Positions 37,560-50,078 of a stretch of 64,000 nucleotides of DNA are shown in pieces. The notes beneath the pieces are model-generated. The model was not told where the DNA came from, made no database searches, and saw only the letters and a list, made by a program, of their open reading frames with translations. The stretch's first letter is position 1. Each line of letters opens with the position of its first letter. A program made the position numbers and the translations under genes. Origin of the DNA: Hamiltosporidium tvaerminnensis FI-OER-3-3 (lineage: Eukaryota > Fungi > Microsporidia); contig CM061249.1 in NCBI GenBank assembly GCA_022605425.2, positions 558,001 through 622,000 on the forward strand, read 5' to 3'.

Positions 37560-38297
37560 TCATAGAATATAATTGAGATTATTATAAAAGTAACTTAAAG
37601 TATTCAATTCCATTGCAAATAAAAATACGAACTGTTAGATAAATAACAAAAAAGCAATTTTCCATGTGTTTCTCTTGATTAAATAAATATAGGATAATAT
37701 CATCTCTACGCAATAAACAGCTAGTTTAAGCAGAAGAAGTTCTTTAATGTTGAATATGAACAATTTTCTAACTATGTTATCGATTATTATCAGAATGTAT
37801 ACATAGAAAAAATGACACAAGAACGTTCTTATAGAAACTTCTTTTAGTATAAACTTGCAATTATTGAAATTGATAAAAATTGTAAAATATGCCAGAAAAC
37901 CGAATATTGTGTATAATAAAACGTAAAATGCAGGCATTTCATAATTTTTAGATAAATTGCGAGAATATATAAACAATTCCGTTGTCGTGGATATAAAAAT
38001 AAAAGGAATCACTGTTAAATAATGTTGATATTGGTTCATTCCGAATCCCCTTGTCTTTATATGAATAAAAAAAGATGAATTGTATAAGAATGAAAGCATA
38101 ATATATTTTAGCATTGTCACCGTTATGCCAAATTTTTCTTCTAGACCCATTATTTTATCATATACAATGATCGGTAAAACTGCTTCGAACATATACATAC
38201 AAAATGCAATAAAATAATCCCAGAATATACTTTTGAAAGTTAAAAATCCTGAAGATTTGGCTTCATTTGGATTTCTTCGTTTTGTTTTAGGAGCCAT
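37560..38297 (-). pseudogene. Family M membrane protein with a premature stop (TAA at 37635-37637)
   Basis: Clear paralog of 42993-43760. After LLFI* the frame continues QFVFLFAMELNTLSYFYNNLNYIL*, matching the paralog's LLIYQFVFLLAMELNTLYFFYENLNY. First ATG at 38297. Confidence 0.8.
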
Positions 38298-39749
38298 GGC
38301 AAATAATATGTCCACTACATTTTATATAAAGGAATTTATCAATATAAAATTGTTAACAAAATTTTTATTTCTAAATAAAGAATCAATTAAAGATAAAAAT
38401 CATTAAATATTAATTTAATTTAAATTAAATTCCGAAAAATATTTTGCAAACACTGGTATGTAGCATTTTTATTTCAATAAAGACGTTTTGATTTTCACAT
38501 TATAGATCTAGGATTTGTATATCGTTGTACTTTTTGGTTTCATACACTCTTTTAAGTTAAAGTTCGAGTTGAATCGAATTTCTCTTTTTTTAAAAAAATT
38601 TGAATAATTATGAAGACTTTTTCATATTTTCAGTAATCCAAATTTAATTTACAGCTAAATAATATATTCTTTATTTTCATTTGGTATATTAAATAGGTTT
38701 TTGAAGATCTTAGTGCATTTAATATTTATTTGATTTTTTCCAATTGAATGTCTTATATTTCCTTTAAATATAAAAGAAATGCAAGTCGCACTCATGTGCC
38801 AAATTTATTTTAATTATGTAATTTTTATCGTGTTTTTACAAATTTTTGCGAGAAAACAAAATAAAGATTATTTTAAAAGGACTAAAATAAAATTTTATAA
38901 AACTTAAATTATTCGAATTTGCCTAAAGTCCTGGAATTTTAAACTATATATTTTCCATAAGTTAAAAAAACTATTCTTTATTTTTTTGATATATTTTGTT
39001 CATTTCTTTAATAAATCTATATCAAGTTTATAATTTAAAATGTTTACTTGTTTAGTCATTAAGAAATATACTGAGCTTTTCAATTTTTTATAACGAACAT
39101 TTCTTAAAAAAAATTGATTCAATAGTTGGTTGAGATGATAGCATAGATTTTTTTTCCATACTAAACTCAATCTATCAATTTAATATGCTTTGATTATATC
39201 CGAATAAGTATGGTAAATAAAAATTTACAGACAATATACAAATGTCTTTTATTCCTACAAGAAAAATATATGCAGTATATAAAATTATTAACACATAAAA
39301 AATTTATTCAAAACATTATAGATCAAAAACCTGTGCATTAAAAGCTCTAGCCTCTCGTGTCAAATTCGTTAACTTCGCTCCATGTGATTTTTTAAACCGT
39401 GGGGTTTGTTATCACCGCTACTGATTGGCTCGGCCTATATTTAGCTCTTCTCAAACAAACGTCTTCCTCAGATTCAAAGTAAAATATTTATTTTTTTATT
39501 TTGTAACTTTTTGCAATTTTAAAGGAATTTAACTAGGCTCTATGATGGCTACTAATCGGGTTATTTCTTCCGAACCTTCTGACAATTAAACATTCTAACG
39601 AAGGAGATGCTTAAAAAGCTGGAAAATGAAGAAAATTTTATTATGATTTAAAATTGTAAAAGATTTTTAGAGTTGGCACTCTATTTTCTAATGAATACGT
39701 TTTTATTTCAATATATCTGTAAATTAAAACTTCTGCGTGATAATTACTA

Positions 39750-41200
39750 TCGCCTTTAATAAGGAAGTAAAGCAAATTGTGAAACGTCATAATGGGTTTG
39801 GCCTAAAAGAAAGACTTTTATGGCTGCGTGAATTTCATATGCTATATTGGAAATTTTCTGTTGTATTAAATAGTACTCCACAAGAAATACAGCCATCTAT
39901 ATCCGCGTTTTACTGTGGACAACCCTGGATGACAATTTTTTTTTGGCGATTTTGGGAATTTCAAGGTGGAAAACTTAGTGCGAAAAGTTTTAAATAAGCT
40001 AAAACTAAAAGTTTTGTTCTCCGAGAAACAGCTGCATCTGTTACTAGTCTAAAACAATAAGCTAATTAGATGATAAGTTTTAGAATATTTTTTAGGAGAA
40101 CGATCATAATCCTAGGCTCATCTGAAATGCACAAAGCAGAACTATTCCGCAAAAGAATTCTATATATAACATTTATTTTCAAAGCTGAAGCCAATGTTCG
40201 TAGATTAAAGACACTTAAGGATTGCATCACTTCAAACCTTTGTGAAAATCCGAATGAAGAACACACAAACATTTTATTAGTAACCCAAGCGTATGTGTGC
40301 TATAAAAAACAAAAGAGATGAGTTGCTATTGCAGTATTAATAGGTCAACACAAGAATTATATTTCGAAGCAGCCGACTTTGGAATGGCTCTACGAATGTA
40401 CATTCCCTTCACACAAATTATATCTCGAGAAGGAACAGAAATTAAAACAGCATTTTTCAGTTGAAATGCGAAATACTTATTTAGACGGTGGAGAGGAAGT
40501 AGAAAGGATAACCACATTAAAAACTATCTGGTTGTCAATGAGTGTGTGAAATTGATGTGAAAATCATTCTTAACTTTTTTTGGGATATAAAATACATTAG
40601 ATCTATAGGCTTATCTCCTATAATCCTGAATAACAACGATTGAAAGAAGCTATTGGAAAATTTCTAGTTGTTCATTCTCGACATCGAATGATAAAAGAGG
40701 AAGATAAGTAAGTAAGTCGGTGGAGTCAAATTCACTCTTCTCTGCAGTAGTTTCTGATTAACCTAAGATTTAAAAACATAGTTCATAACATACGAGCTCT
40801 CTATATCGATACATTTTAGAGCATTTCTTAAATGTATATATCAAATGAAAACTTATATTAAAAGGCTGATCTATATATACTATCGCGATGAACCTTGATA
40901 GCATCTAGAAAACTTTAAAAGACATTACCAAAAGAATTTTGAGTTTATAATGAAGTAGTTGTTTTTTTCTATACTTACAAAACAAATAATAATTCAGAAT
41001 AAGTAAGAAACTCGGCAGCGAATCACAAAACTGAAACCCTGAAAAATTATTGCAGAGAAAAGCTTGAAGGATACCAACCGCAAAGGCATGGTTAAGATTT
41101 TAAAGCTTCATATTCTTTGAATAATAAAAATGACTGAACTATCTAAGCTAAAATCTAGGAGATGATCATGGATTCCAATTTATCTAAATAAGAGAGTAAA
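39750..41200 (+). pseudogene. Possible decayed DDE integrase remnant
   Basis: Weak degenerate motifs LDGGE (~40480, cf. SDNGxEF) and SPYNPE (~40615, cf. PYxPQ). An ATTGG and a TATA-like box lie upstream at ~39425-39445. Interrupted by a family A fragment. Confidence 0.3.
40498..40602 (+). repeat. Family A 5'-terminal fragment (~100 bp)
   Basis: AGTAGAAAGGATAACCACATTAAAAACTATCTGGTTGTCAATGAGTGTGTGAAATTG matches the 5' end of copy A6 (AGTGGAGCGAGGATAACCACACAAAAAACTATCTGCTTGGCAATGAGTACGTGAAATCG). Confidence 0.75.
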
Positions 41201-42992
41201 TTCTTCAATTGTGCTTTTTTTTCGTATCGTTAAAACAAATGAAAAATTTTAACATAAGAGTTGAGAAAAGGGATCTAAATAGAAATCTTATATTACATTA
41301 CTGAATTCCCTTGAAAAGGCAATACTATTATAAAAACATATTTTCAAATAAAAAGGGCAGCGTAATAAGCTTCAAACGCAATGTTTTTACCACATACCTT
41401 GAAACTATCTGTCCAAATATGTTCTTTTGCGATAAATAAAACCTAGATTACATACGCAGTATGGACCTTTGTCATTTCATATTTTGCTGTTTATTCCTGA
41501 GAATGATTTATAATAACGTTTGAAATTTAATAAACTAAGTGATGTTAATTAAAATAAATGAGACATGATGCCTATAATATGAATATGCTCTATTTTCCCA
41601 TATTTGCAAAGACTTGCTTAAACCTGAGGCAAAACTTACTAAAAGATGTTTTAACTATAAGAAGATCTAAGAATGTCAAAAATTCATTTAGGAAGATTTT
41701 AACTGGGTATTACACGCTTAATTTTTAGATTAGCAATTTTTAAATATAACGATCTATATTTACAGAACATTTTATCGCGGTTTGATCTGAACTTAACTAG
41801 CCTGATGAATCAAAAGTTTAATGTGATTTAAATGAGCATCACAAAGTTGAACAACATTCAGATATAACACAATTACTCCATGATGTGATCTACATCGACC
41901 TAACTAACATTGATTAGATGATAATCAATGTTAAGTTATTCTATTAACCACATATAAATATAAATTAACAAGTTTTTAAAAAATATGTCTTTTTATGAAA
42001 TTATTTTGTATACTATAAAAGAAACTATTTAAAGGGAACGCAAATCCATCTAATGTAATATAAAAAAACTTTTTTTATGTTATGCGTGTTTTTATTGCTG
42101 ATTTTTGCACCGATTTATTAGTTATTTGATTTAAGAAAGCTACAAGGTATTGTCTACCTTGTCAGTTAGTCTCGGCTTGTTCAATTTGAAAAATTTGATA
42201 ATAAAAACAGAATGAATATACAGCATTATGCTTTTGAACGCATATCTGGCAATTTGTTTCTAAAAAGAACAAAGATGCTACTCTTAATGACTAAAACTTT
42301 ATGTTTCCTTCTAAAATATCTATATTTTTCTAAAAAATATCGAGACAAAAAATATATGATGAAACTCGATTTTGTAATATGTAAAGTATTATTCGTTCTT
42401 TTGTTTGGAATATATGATTTTTCGTTTTGCGCTAATTCAACAAAAAATTGAGCGTAGTATAAAAAAAAACCATATACATTTTAAGAAAATATCAAAACAT
42501 TACTGAAGTTTATTTAACTATTGTTTATGGACTTTAACTTATTTATTTCGTCAATATATGTATAGATAAATACACCATATAGTACTCAGCTCATTTCAAA
42601 AATTCAAAATAAAAACTTTTGCAGATATAAAGAAATAATCTCGGTGTGAACTAGAAAATCACCATTTTCCAATACTTGTGTGCTTTTCTATAGCCTAAGA
42701 ACCATAATCCCCGAATTTTTGTATAAAATACCTCATAAAGACTTTGACTAATTTTAAAAGACGTAATATGAAATTTTAATTGTGCGAAACTTTTAAAATT
42801 TGATTAAAGTATATTCATTATAGATTTTCTGCTTCGAGTAATATAAAGCGAACAATTTTAAGCAAGTACACATTGATCAATATTTTTTACATTTTTTTCA
42901 AAAATTTAAACATTTAAAACTTAAAAAGTTAAATATCCTCAATTCCGAGATGTAAAAGAAGTTCGGAATAAATAAAGATGTAAGAAAAAGCT

Positions 42993-43760
42993 TTAATGAA
43001 CAGGCAATTGCAGATAATTTAAATTTTCATAAAAGAAATATAGTGTATTCAATTCCATTGCAAGTAAAAATACAAATTGATAAATTAACAATAGTAATGT
43101 AGTAACCATTTCATTTCTTTTACATAAATATATGAAAGATAGTATCATTTCTACTATATAAAATGTCACTTTAAATGTAAATAGTTCTCTAATAGTTATT
43201 ATAAATATCTTATAGATCAGGTTATCTACTACTATTAAAACGTAAATATAGCAAAAATAGCTAATGAAAGTTCTTATGGAAACGTCTTTTTTTATAAACT
43301 TGCAATTGTTAAATTTCAAAAAAATAGAAAAGTAAGTTATCAGGTTAAATATTACGTATAAAAAAACACATGAGGACGACATTACATATATTGTATTCAT
43401 ATTAAGTGTGTTCATATATAACTCGCTTATAATGAATACAAAACCAAAGCAAAATATTATTACATAATATATATCATATTCAGTTTCAACTCTTTTGGAA
43501 CTTCTATGAAATAAAAAACTAAATTTGTATAAAAACATAAGTAAAATGTACTTAAATATTATAAGCAATAAATTTGAATTTAAATCTATATCATATATCT
43601 TTGTATAAAATACTACGGGAAGTGATACTTCTATTAGGAAAATGACTATAAAAAATATAATTTCAAAGAATCTATCTTTAAAATTAAATTTCATATAAGA
43701 TTTTCTTTTTCCGGGATTTCTCTTTCTTGTTTTACTTGGCAATGTTTTCCAGAATTTCAT
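42993..43760 (-). CDS. Lineage-specific multi-pass membrane protein (family M)
   Basis: Intact ORF (first ATG at 43760, MKFWKTLPSKTRKRNP). Motifs FNNCKFIKKDVSIRTF, RELFTFK, KRN and AMELN. Confidence 0.85.
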   Translation of the reverse strand: MKFWKTLPSKTRKRNPGKRKSYMKFNFKDRFFEIIFFIVIFLIEVSLPVVFYTKIYDIDLNSNLLLIIFKYILLMFLYKFSFLFHRSSKRVETEYDIYYVIIFCFGFVFIISELYMNTLNMNTIYVMSSSCVFLYVIFNLITYFSIFLKFNNCKFIKKDVSIRTFISYFCYIYVLIVVDNLIYKIFIITIRELFTFKVTFYIVEMILSFIYLCKRNEMVTTLLLLIYQFVFLLAMELNTLYFFYENLNYLQLPVH

Positions 43761-45555
43761 TCCAAATATATATAATAATTGATGACAGAACAGTTGATGG
43801 ATTATTTTTATACTAAACAATTAATCATATAAAATAAATATATCAATTAGTTTCAATTAATCTCATTAAAAAATTTTTCAAATTAAAAATAAACTGACAG
43901 GAAATATCTTAGTTAATACACTTGCTTCATTGATTATTATATAGAATCGATTGCGTTTTTGAGACCTTAATTAATTGAGGTTTCCGATTTTATAATTATA
44001 TTTTACTTAAATAATTTGATTTGTTTTTGTTTGAACAACTTTTTTCTGTAATTCAGTATTACTTAGACTGGCTTTTAAGTTTATGAAACCAAATTAAGTT
44101 TTATATGAACAAAAAAATGCAGTGAATTATCCTCTTAAATTCAAAGGCTGAACTATAATTCCTTTTTATTGGCATTTTAGACTTTATAACCAGCGATCAG
44201 TTGACTCGTACATTTTATAATCATTTATACCTGTATTTTTAGTCTTTACTGGGCAATCACTCACTAGAAATCGAATATTTTTTGCATCTGGATATTTTTC
44301 CTCTTTTGATCTGATCGCTTTTGATTTTTCGAAGAGATTCAGCTTGACATTTTCTGTTTATTCTGATCGATTTCCCATTTATTTTTATTCAATTTCGTCT
44401 TTTTGTCGTTAAATTTTCTTTTATAAAGCATTTTTTGGCATTACGCTGTATAAGTTGATTGATTGTTTGTGTAACTTCCTAATTATTTTTATTAAAAATC
44501 TTTTAATGAACAGGTATAGAATTATATATGAATATTCAAGCAATAATTGTTTTGTGTAATTATTTTTGAGGATATTTATAAATTTCAATTAGAAAAGGTA
44601 AAAAAAGTTAATTCTATCGTATAATTTTTTATTTGTATAAAAAAAAGCTTAAAAAGAAATCCTAAGAAATCTATTGATTTGAATCTTACTCCAAAAATTA
44701 AAACTTAAAACTTAAAACATTAAAAAAGTTAAGAATGCTTTTATTTTTATATATTAAAATCTAGAATGGATATTTAAGAAGAGTTAGTGCAAAATTTTTT
44801 TTGACTAAATCAAACGTTTGAAGGGTATTCTTTTCAACTTCTATACATTCAAACTGAAAAAAAAATAATTAAAAAAAACACTAAGCGTTATTTTTTAATT
44901 TTAACACTATTACTGCTTTCTTACATTTTTCACCCGATTAAACATATCGAGTGGTACTTTTCCGTCCTCTTCACATCAATCGATTAATAATTATATATGG
45001 GAAATTTAATAATTTGATTTTGGCCTTTCTACAACTTTCCAGATTCACCTTCAGAAAACTTTTATATTTCTGCTAGAAATATATTTCTTTTTTACGATCG
45101 AAAACATTTAAAGATGCCAAAAAAATTATATAATTGCCGATTTTAATCGCAGCTTTAATATTATAAAATATAATGCAATATTTTTTAAGAAATTACTTCG
45201 AATAAATAAATGTAAATTATTTTGGGATAAGTTAGTTATACTGCTTAAGTTTTTTTTGTCTTTAGTTTGAAAAAAGCCATTGAAGCGATCAGAATATTGA
45301 AATATATCTTTTTTTGTTTTGAAAGCTTTATACAATCTATATGATAATATATCATATTACGCAATTGTTTAAAAAGTGTTTGCTTAATAAATTCAGTTTT
45401 TTCTTGAACTCATTTAAATAAATTAGATTACATATGTAGTTTGAAGAAAAATAGATGTAATTCAATTATTTATTTTAAGCTCCATGAATACTCATTATAA
45501 TAAATTTAGTAGTAGAATAGTATATTTAGTATAATACACAAAATATTTTTACATT

Positions 45556-45790
45556 CATTCATTCATCTTTGAGACTACAGCCCTGTGCAAACCTTGGCCT
45601 CCAATAGTAATATCGCCTACTGGTCTTTTTCCAGTGGGTTCGTTTACTTATTGAGTTTCGTAACAGGTAGTTTTAAAGCGTGGGTTGTTAGCCCTACGCC
45701 CATCCCAACATGGAGTATCAGTCCCTTTTAGTCGCCTCTTACGGCAAGCTGAGAATACTCCAAACCAATTCTGCTCTCGGTATGGTGCGG
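45556..45790 (-). mobile_element. Family B RTE-derived retroposon, copy B2
   Basis: Perfect 15-bp TSD AAATATTTTTACATT (45541-45555, 45791-45805). 5' CGTAAGAGGCGACTAAAAGGG..GGGCGTAGGGCTAACAACCC; 3' GGAGGCCAAGG..GGGCTGTAG followed by a (GAAT)n tail. Confidence 0.9.
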
Positions 45791-46646
45791 AAATATTTTT
45801 ACATTATTGACAAAATATTATTCTACTCTAGGATTAACAAATTCGGTCACTAAAAATTTCGAACACATTTAGCGTAAACGATAACGCCAGCACAAAATAG
45901 TTTCTAACACAAAATATTTTGACCGTATTCTTATTATTTAATTTATTCCTTAAATATTTTTTAATTTAAAAACTGATTAAATCGAAATATTTATTCTTTT
46001 TAGGTAAATAAATTATATGTTTTGTTACGAAAAATTGATCCATTTATGAATGGAAACCATTATCCAACGATATAAACACTTTATTCATTATGGTTTTACA
46101 ACTTATTAGTATATATTATACATTTACAATTTTTAAAATATTTTTAATTCATTTCTATCATTTTACATAGCAATGTAGAAATTTAGTATTTTTGTAGGTT
46201 CTGTTTATTTCTAGTAAATATTTAAATTTGATATTATTAAAATATTTAAATCGACAGAATTTAAATAAAATAATTTTATAGTACTGTTATTTTATTTAGA
46301 ATCCAAATATAATATTAGAATTCTCGTCTGCACAAGTTTATTGTAAATAAAATAAATAAAAAATAATCAATTCGTTATTTGTAGAAATTCTCTTTTGAAT
46401 AAATTTATTGTAAAAAAACGAAATAAAAAGGTCCAATTCGGTATTTAGAAGAATAAAAATTCTTTTTTAAATAAATTCAACAAAAAAATATAAAAATAAT
46501 TTTTAAACCAGTTTTTAAATTAACTGATAAATAAAAAAAACAAAATCATTAAATATCTGACATTTTCTATATTACACTAATTGAATTCTATTTAAGGAAT
46601 TAAATTTGATTAATTTATCTATAAATATATTCAGAAATTTCTACCC

Positions 46647-47561
46647 ATGACGAGAAAAGAAGGAAGAGCTATTTCCCATCCAAACATAGCATTGGTAAAG
46701 TATTGGGGGAAAAAGGACATTGAGATGAATATTTCTTCTAACATGTCTGTGTCTCTTACTTTAAAGAATTTGGAAACTGTTACAGTTGTATCACCAAGTG
46801 AAGAAAAAAGAGACATTTTTATTTTAAATGGACATGAAAGGCCTATGAAGGAGAGAATGATCAAAGTGATACAACTTTTCAAGAAGAGAGCAGGTGATGT
46901 ATCGTATATAAAGATCGATTCGAAAAATAATTTTCCTGATTCTTGTGGATTAGCTTCTTCTGCTTCTGGATTTTCTGCCTTGGTAAAAGCACTTAATAAC
47001 TTTTACGATTTAAATATTTCTACACCCGAACTTACAGAGATAGCAAGATATGGTTCAGGTAGTTCCAGTAGAAGTATTTATGATGGATTTGTATGCTTGG
47101 ATGGTGTCAAATCATATAAGGTTTCTGACTGGGATGATGTCAAAGTATTTGTAATTCTTTTGGAAGATACCGAAAAAAAAGTATCGAGTACAGAAGGAAT
47201 GATTAGGTGCGCCAAAACAAGTAATCTTTACAATTTAAGATTGAAATATATTAATTACAAAGCCCAAGAAGCTATGGAATATATTAAAAATAAAGATTTT
47301 ACAAATCTTGCTGTTCTTACCATGAAAGAGGCAAATGAAATACATGCTATATTTATGGATTCTTATCCACCTATTTGGTATTTGAATCGTAGAAGCTTTG
47401 AAGTAATCGATAAGGTGTTTGAATTAAATTCTAAATCGATTAAAGCAGCTTATACTTTCGATGCAGGCCCAAATCCTTTTATTTTAACTTTAAGAAAAGA
47501 TTTTGAAGAAATATTTAACCATTTTAAAAATCTTGGATTTAAAGTTATTGAAGCGCTCTAA
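46647..47561 (+). CDS. MVD1: Diphosphomevalonate decarboxylase
   Basis: PNIALVKYWGK, NNFPDSCGLASSASGFSAL, ARYGSGSSSRSIYDGFV, KKVSSTEGM, AYTFDAGPNP. CCC immediately before the ATG. Confidence 0.97.
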   Translation: MTRKEGRAISHPNIALVKYWGKKDIEMNISSNMSVSLTLKNLETVTVVSPSEEKRDIFILNGHERPMKERMIKVIQLFKKRAGDVSYIKIDSKNNFPDSCGLASSASGFSALVKALNNFYDLNISTPELTEIARYGSGSSSRSIYDGFVCLDGVKSYKVSDWDDVKVFVILLEDTEKKVSSTEGMIRCAKTSNLYNLRLKYINYKAQEAMEYIKNKDFTNLAVLTMKEANEIHAIFMDSYPPIWYLNRRSFEVIDKVFELNSKSIKAAYTFDAGPNPFILTLRKDFEEIFNHFKNLGFKVIEAL

Positions 47562-48458
47562 TTAAAATTTTAGTCTCGTAAATATGTTTAAATTTCTTTA
47601 ATAACTTTTAGAGAATTCTTTATCGTTAATGAACATCCCACTATTTAATTCCCTCTTATTTTTCAATTATGAAAATTTATGAATTTCTATTATTCTCAAT
47701 GAATTTTCTTAATTATTCTTGGTTTTTATAATTGCTTCAATTTTTAGATTTTTTATGTTCTTCGAAATAATTTCATTATAAAGTCAAGTCTTTCTTAATG
47801 AATTTATTTTATCTCGTTTAAGTTTTATATAGTGTTTATTATAATTCTTTATAATAATATCTTCTTATTATATTCCGGTATCTCTCGAAATATTTTTATA
47901 CTCTTTTCTATGGTGATTCCTTCTTGTTAATTTTTTTCTGATTTCTCAGAGTTTATGAATTCTTATTTGATTTGATAAAGAATTATAATCAGAAGCCAAA
48001 AATATTTATTCTCTATTTATTAAACTCTAAAACTTACAGTCATTTTTTTAAAAAAATACTGAAAGTTAATAAAAAAAACTAACATAAGAAATATTCGAAT
48101 AAATAATTAAATACACTGTTTAATTGACAAAAAAATATTTAAATTTACGATTTTAGTATTTCTTTTGGTTTTTCTAAATTTATATTTTAAACTTTTTCTT
48201 GGAAAACTGAATACTAAAATACGATTTTAGTTATTTTGTAATGATCTGTAAAGTATACGTCAGATGTTTATATGATGGATTATAATTGTAACTAATTATT
48301 AAAGATTAGTTAGCTGGAGGTTTTTAATTTATAAAAATCAGGAGTAAGAAAATTTAATAGCACTTTCAAACTTTTATGTCAAATTTTTTTTAAAAAAGAT
48401 TCTTTGCAAAATAAAAAGAAGTAGAATTATGTTTATTGAAGTGATTTTTTCTAACATT

Positions 48459-48920
48459 TTAAATCAATTTTTTTTTGAAAACAAAATCTTTAACAAAATC
48501 ATTTAGTGAGGTTTTTACTTTAGAAAATTGTTCTTTACTAGTCATTGTATCATACTCGGAATATTCAAGTACGGATATAAGATTACATATTCCATAATAA
48601 TCTTTAAAACATTCAAATAATTTTATAACAAAATCTAGTTCGCTAAAACTATAAAAAATACTTATTTCTGGTGTATTATCATAAGCCTCTAAATACTTAA
48701 TAATTTTATCAGAAATGTCCTCATTAAATTCAAATGCATTCACTTTTATAATATTTTTATCGTAGTTAAACAATGCTATGTTGTTATTTATTTGTAGTAT
48801 TTTAGATTTTACATCAAATGATATTTCTAAATTGGTTTGTTCTATTTTTACATTATATGGTATTTCTTTGTTATTTATTTGACCAATAAATATTACAAAA
48901 GAATTGTTTTCTATTGACAT
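48459..48920 (-). CDS. Hypothetical protein (153 aa)
   Basis: ATG-initiated ORF preceded by CCCACC, with protein-like composition. No recognisable domain. Confidence 0.7.
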   Translation of the reverse strand: MSIENNSFVIFIGQINNKEIPYNVKIEQTNLEISFDVKSKILQINNNIALFNYDKNIIKVNAFEFNEDISDKIIKYLEAYDNTPEISIFYSFSELDFVIKLFECFKDYYGICNLISVLEYSEYDTMTSKEQFSKVKTSLNDFVKDFVFKKKLI

Positions 48921-49141
48921 GGTGGGTTGTTAATTATAACGGTATAAATTATATTTTTAATTGGCAAATCAAATTTTATAAATTATAAAAAGTTGGGAAT
49001 TGTAAAAAAAAAGTATTTTTTACAAATTTGGATTACAAAAATACTTCTTAGAATTTTTTTACGTATTTTGTAAAAAAAACTTATTAAATACTTTTACAGT
49101 TACCAATATAGAAGAAGGGTGTTGAAGGTTTGGCAAAAAAA

Positions 49142-49215
49142 AGGCTTCCACGGGATTCGAACACGTGACCTTTCCCTTACTAGGGGAACGCTCTAACCAA
49201 CTGAGCTAGAAAGCC
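49142..49215 (-). tRNA. tRNA-Thr (anticodon AGU)
   Basis: GGCTTTC TAGCTCAGTTGGTTAGAGC G TTCCC CT-AGT-AA GGGAA AGGTC ACGTG TTCGAAT CCCGT GGAAGCC T. Forms a cloverleaf with one U-C mismatch in the T stem; followed by an oligo-T Pol III terminator. Confidence 0.95.
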
Positions 49216-49296
49216 ATTAACTATGAATAATTTACTATATAATTTCTATCTACAAAGACTATTTATAATAAACATAAACCTCAGTAAGCATGAAAG

Positions 49297-50078
49297 TGTT
49301 ACGACCGAATACTTAAATTAAGAACCATAGAATCTAGATAAAAGATCAAAATAAAAGAAATAGGTCAAAAATTTAGGAAAAATAGAAATTATAAAGGAAA
49401 TTTCTGCCAAGGGTAAATTATAATGAAATATAAAGAAAATGATCTAGTTTTAAATTTCTATTTTAATTATAACTGAATAGATATACAGGACCTTTATTTA
49501 AACTTAATTCTTATTGATTCAAGATTCACTTCAAATAGGTGAAACTGAAAAACTTAGGAAGTATGACCTGGTAGCCAATGAGCTGGGTTTTATTTATAAG
49601 TGTAGTTTTGAGATAATCTCTTATGTGATGACCTGGACGGCATCGTGACCAAATACCATAAATCACACCTTAAAAGACTATAAATACCCATGAATGTAGA
49701 GGCATACATTTAGTCTATAGTACTTAATAAAACAGTCGAAACAATTTCCTTTGATCGACGAAGAGGACTTGAGTCAGCACCAAATGTCGAAAAGAGCGTC
49801 AATGTGTGTTGTTATGAGAGCAGAGATGCATGAGAAACCAACATCCCTTTTGAAACAAGCGAGTAGAGAGGAAAATGGGGCAAAAAATTTAAAAACAAAA
49901 AATAAAGCACCCTTTATTTCAAAGGAGGAACCGACGATAAATATAAATAAAGAGTTAAAGTTGGAAGAAGAAACAACTTTGGTGAAAAGGGTAGAAGAAA
50001 ATGCATAAAAATCTTCAAGCCACTTTTACCCAGAATTTTATTAAATAAAATTCTTATTGATTTAATATAATTATAACA
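49297..50078. repeat. Family C dispersed repeat, possibly a solo LTR (TGTTA...TAACA)
   Basis: Core 49533-49797 is homologous to 32057-32320. Candidate ends TGTTA (49297) and TAACA (50074-50078); internal TATAAATA. No TSD found. Confidence 0.5.
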
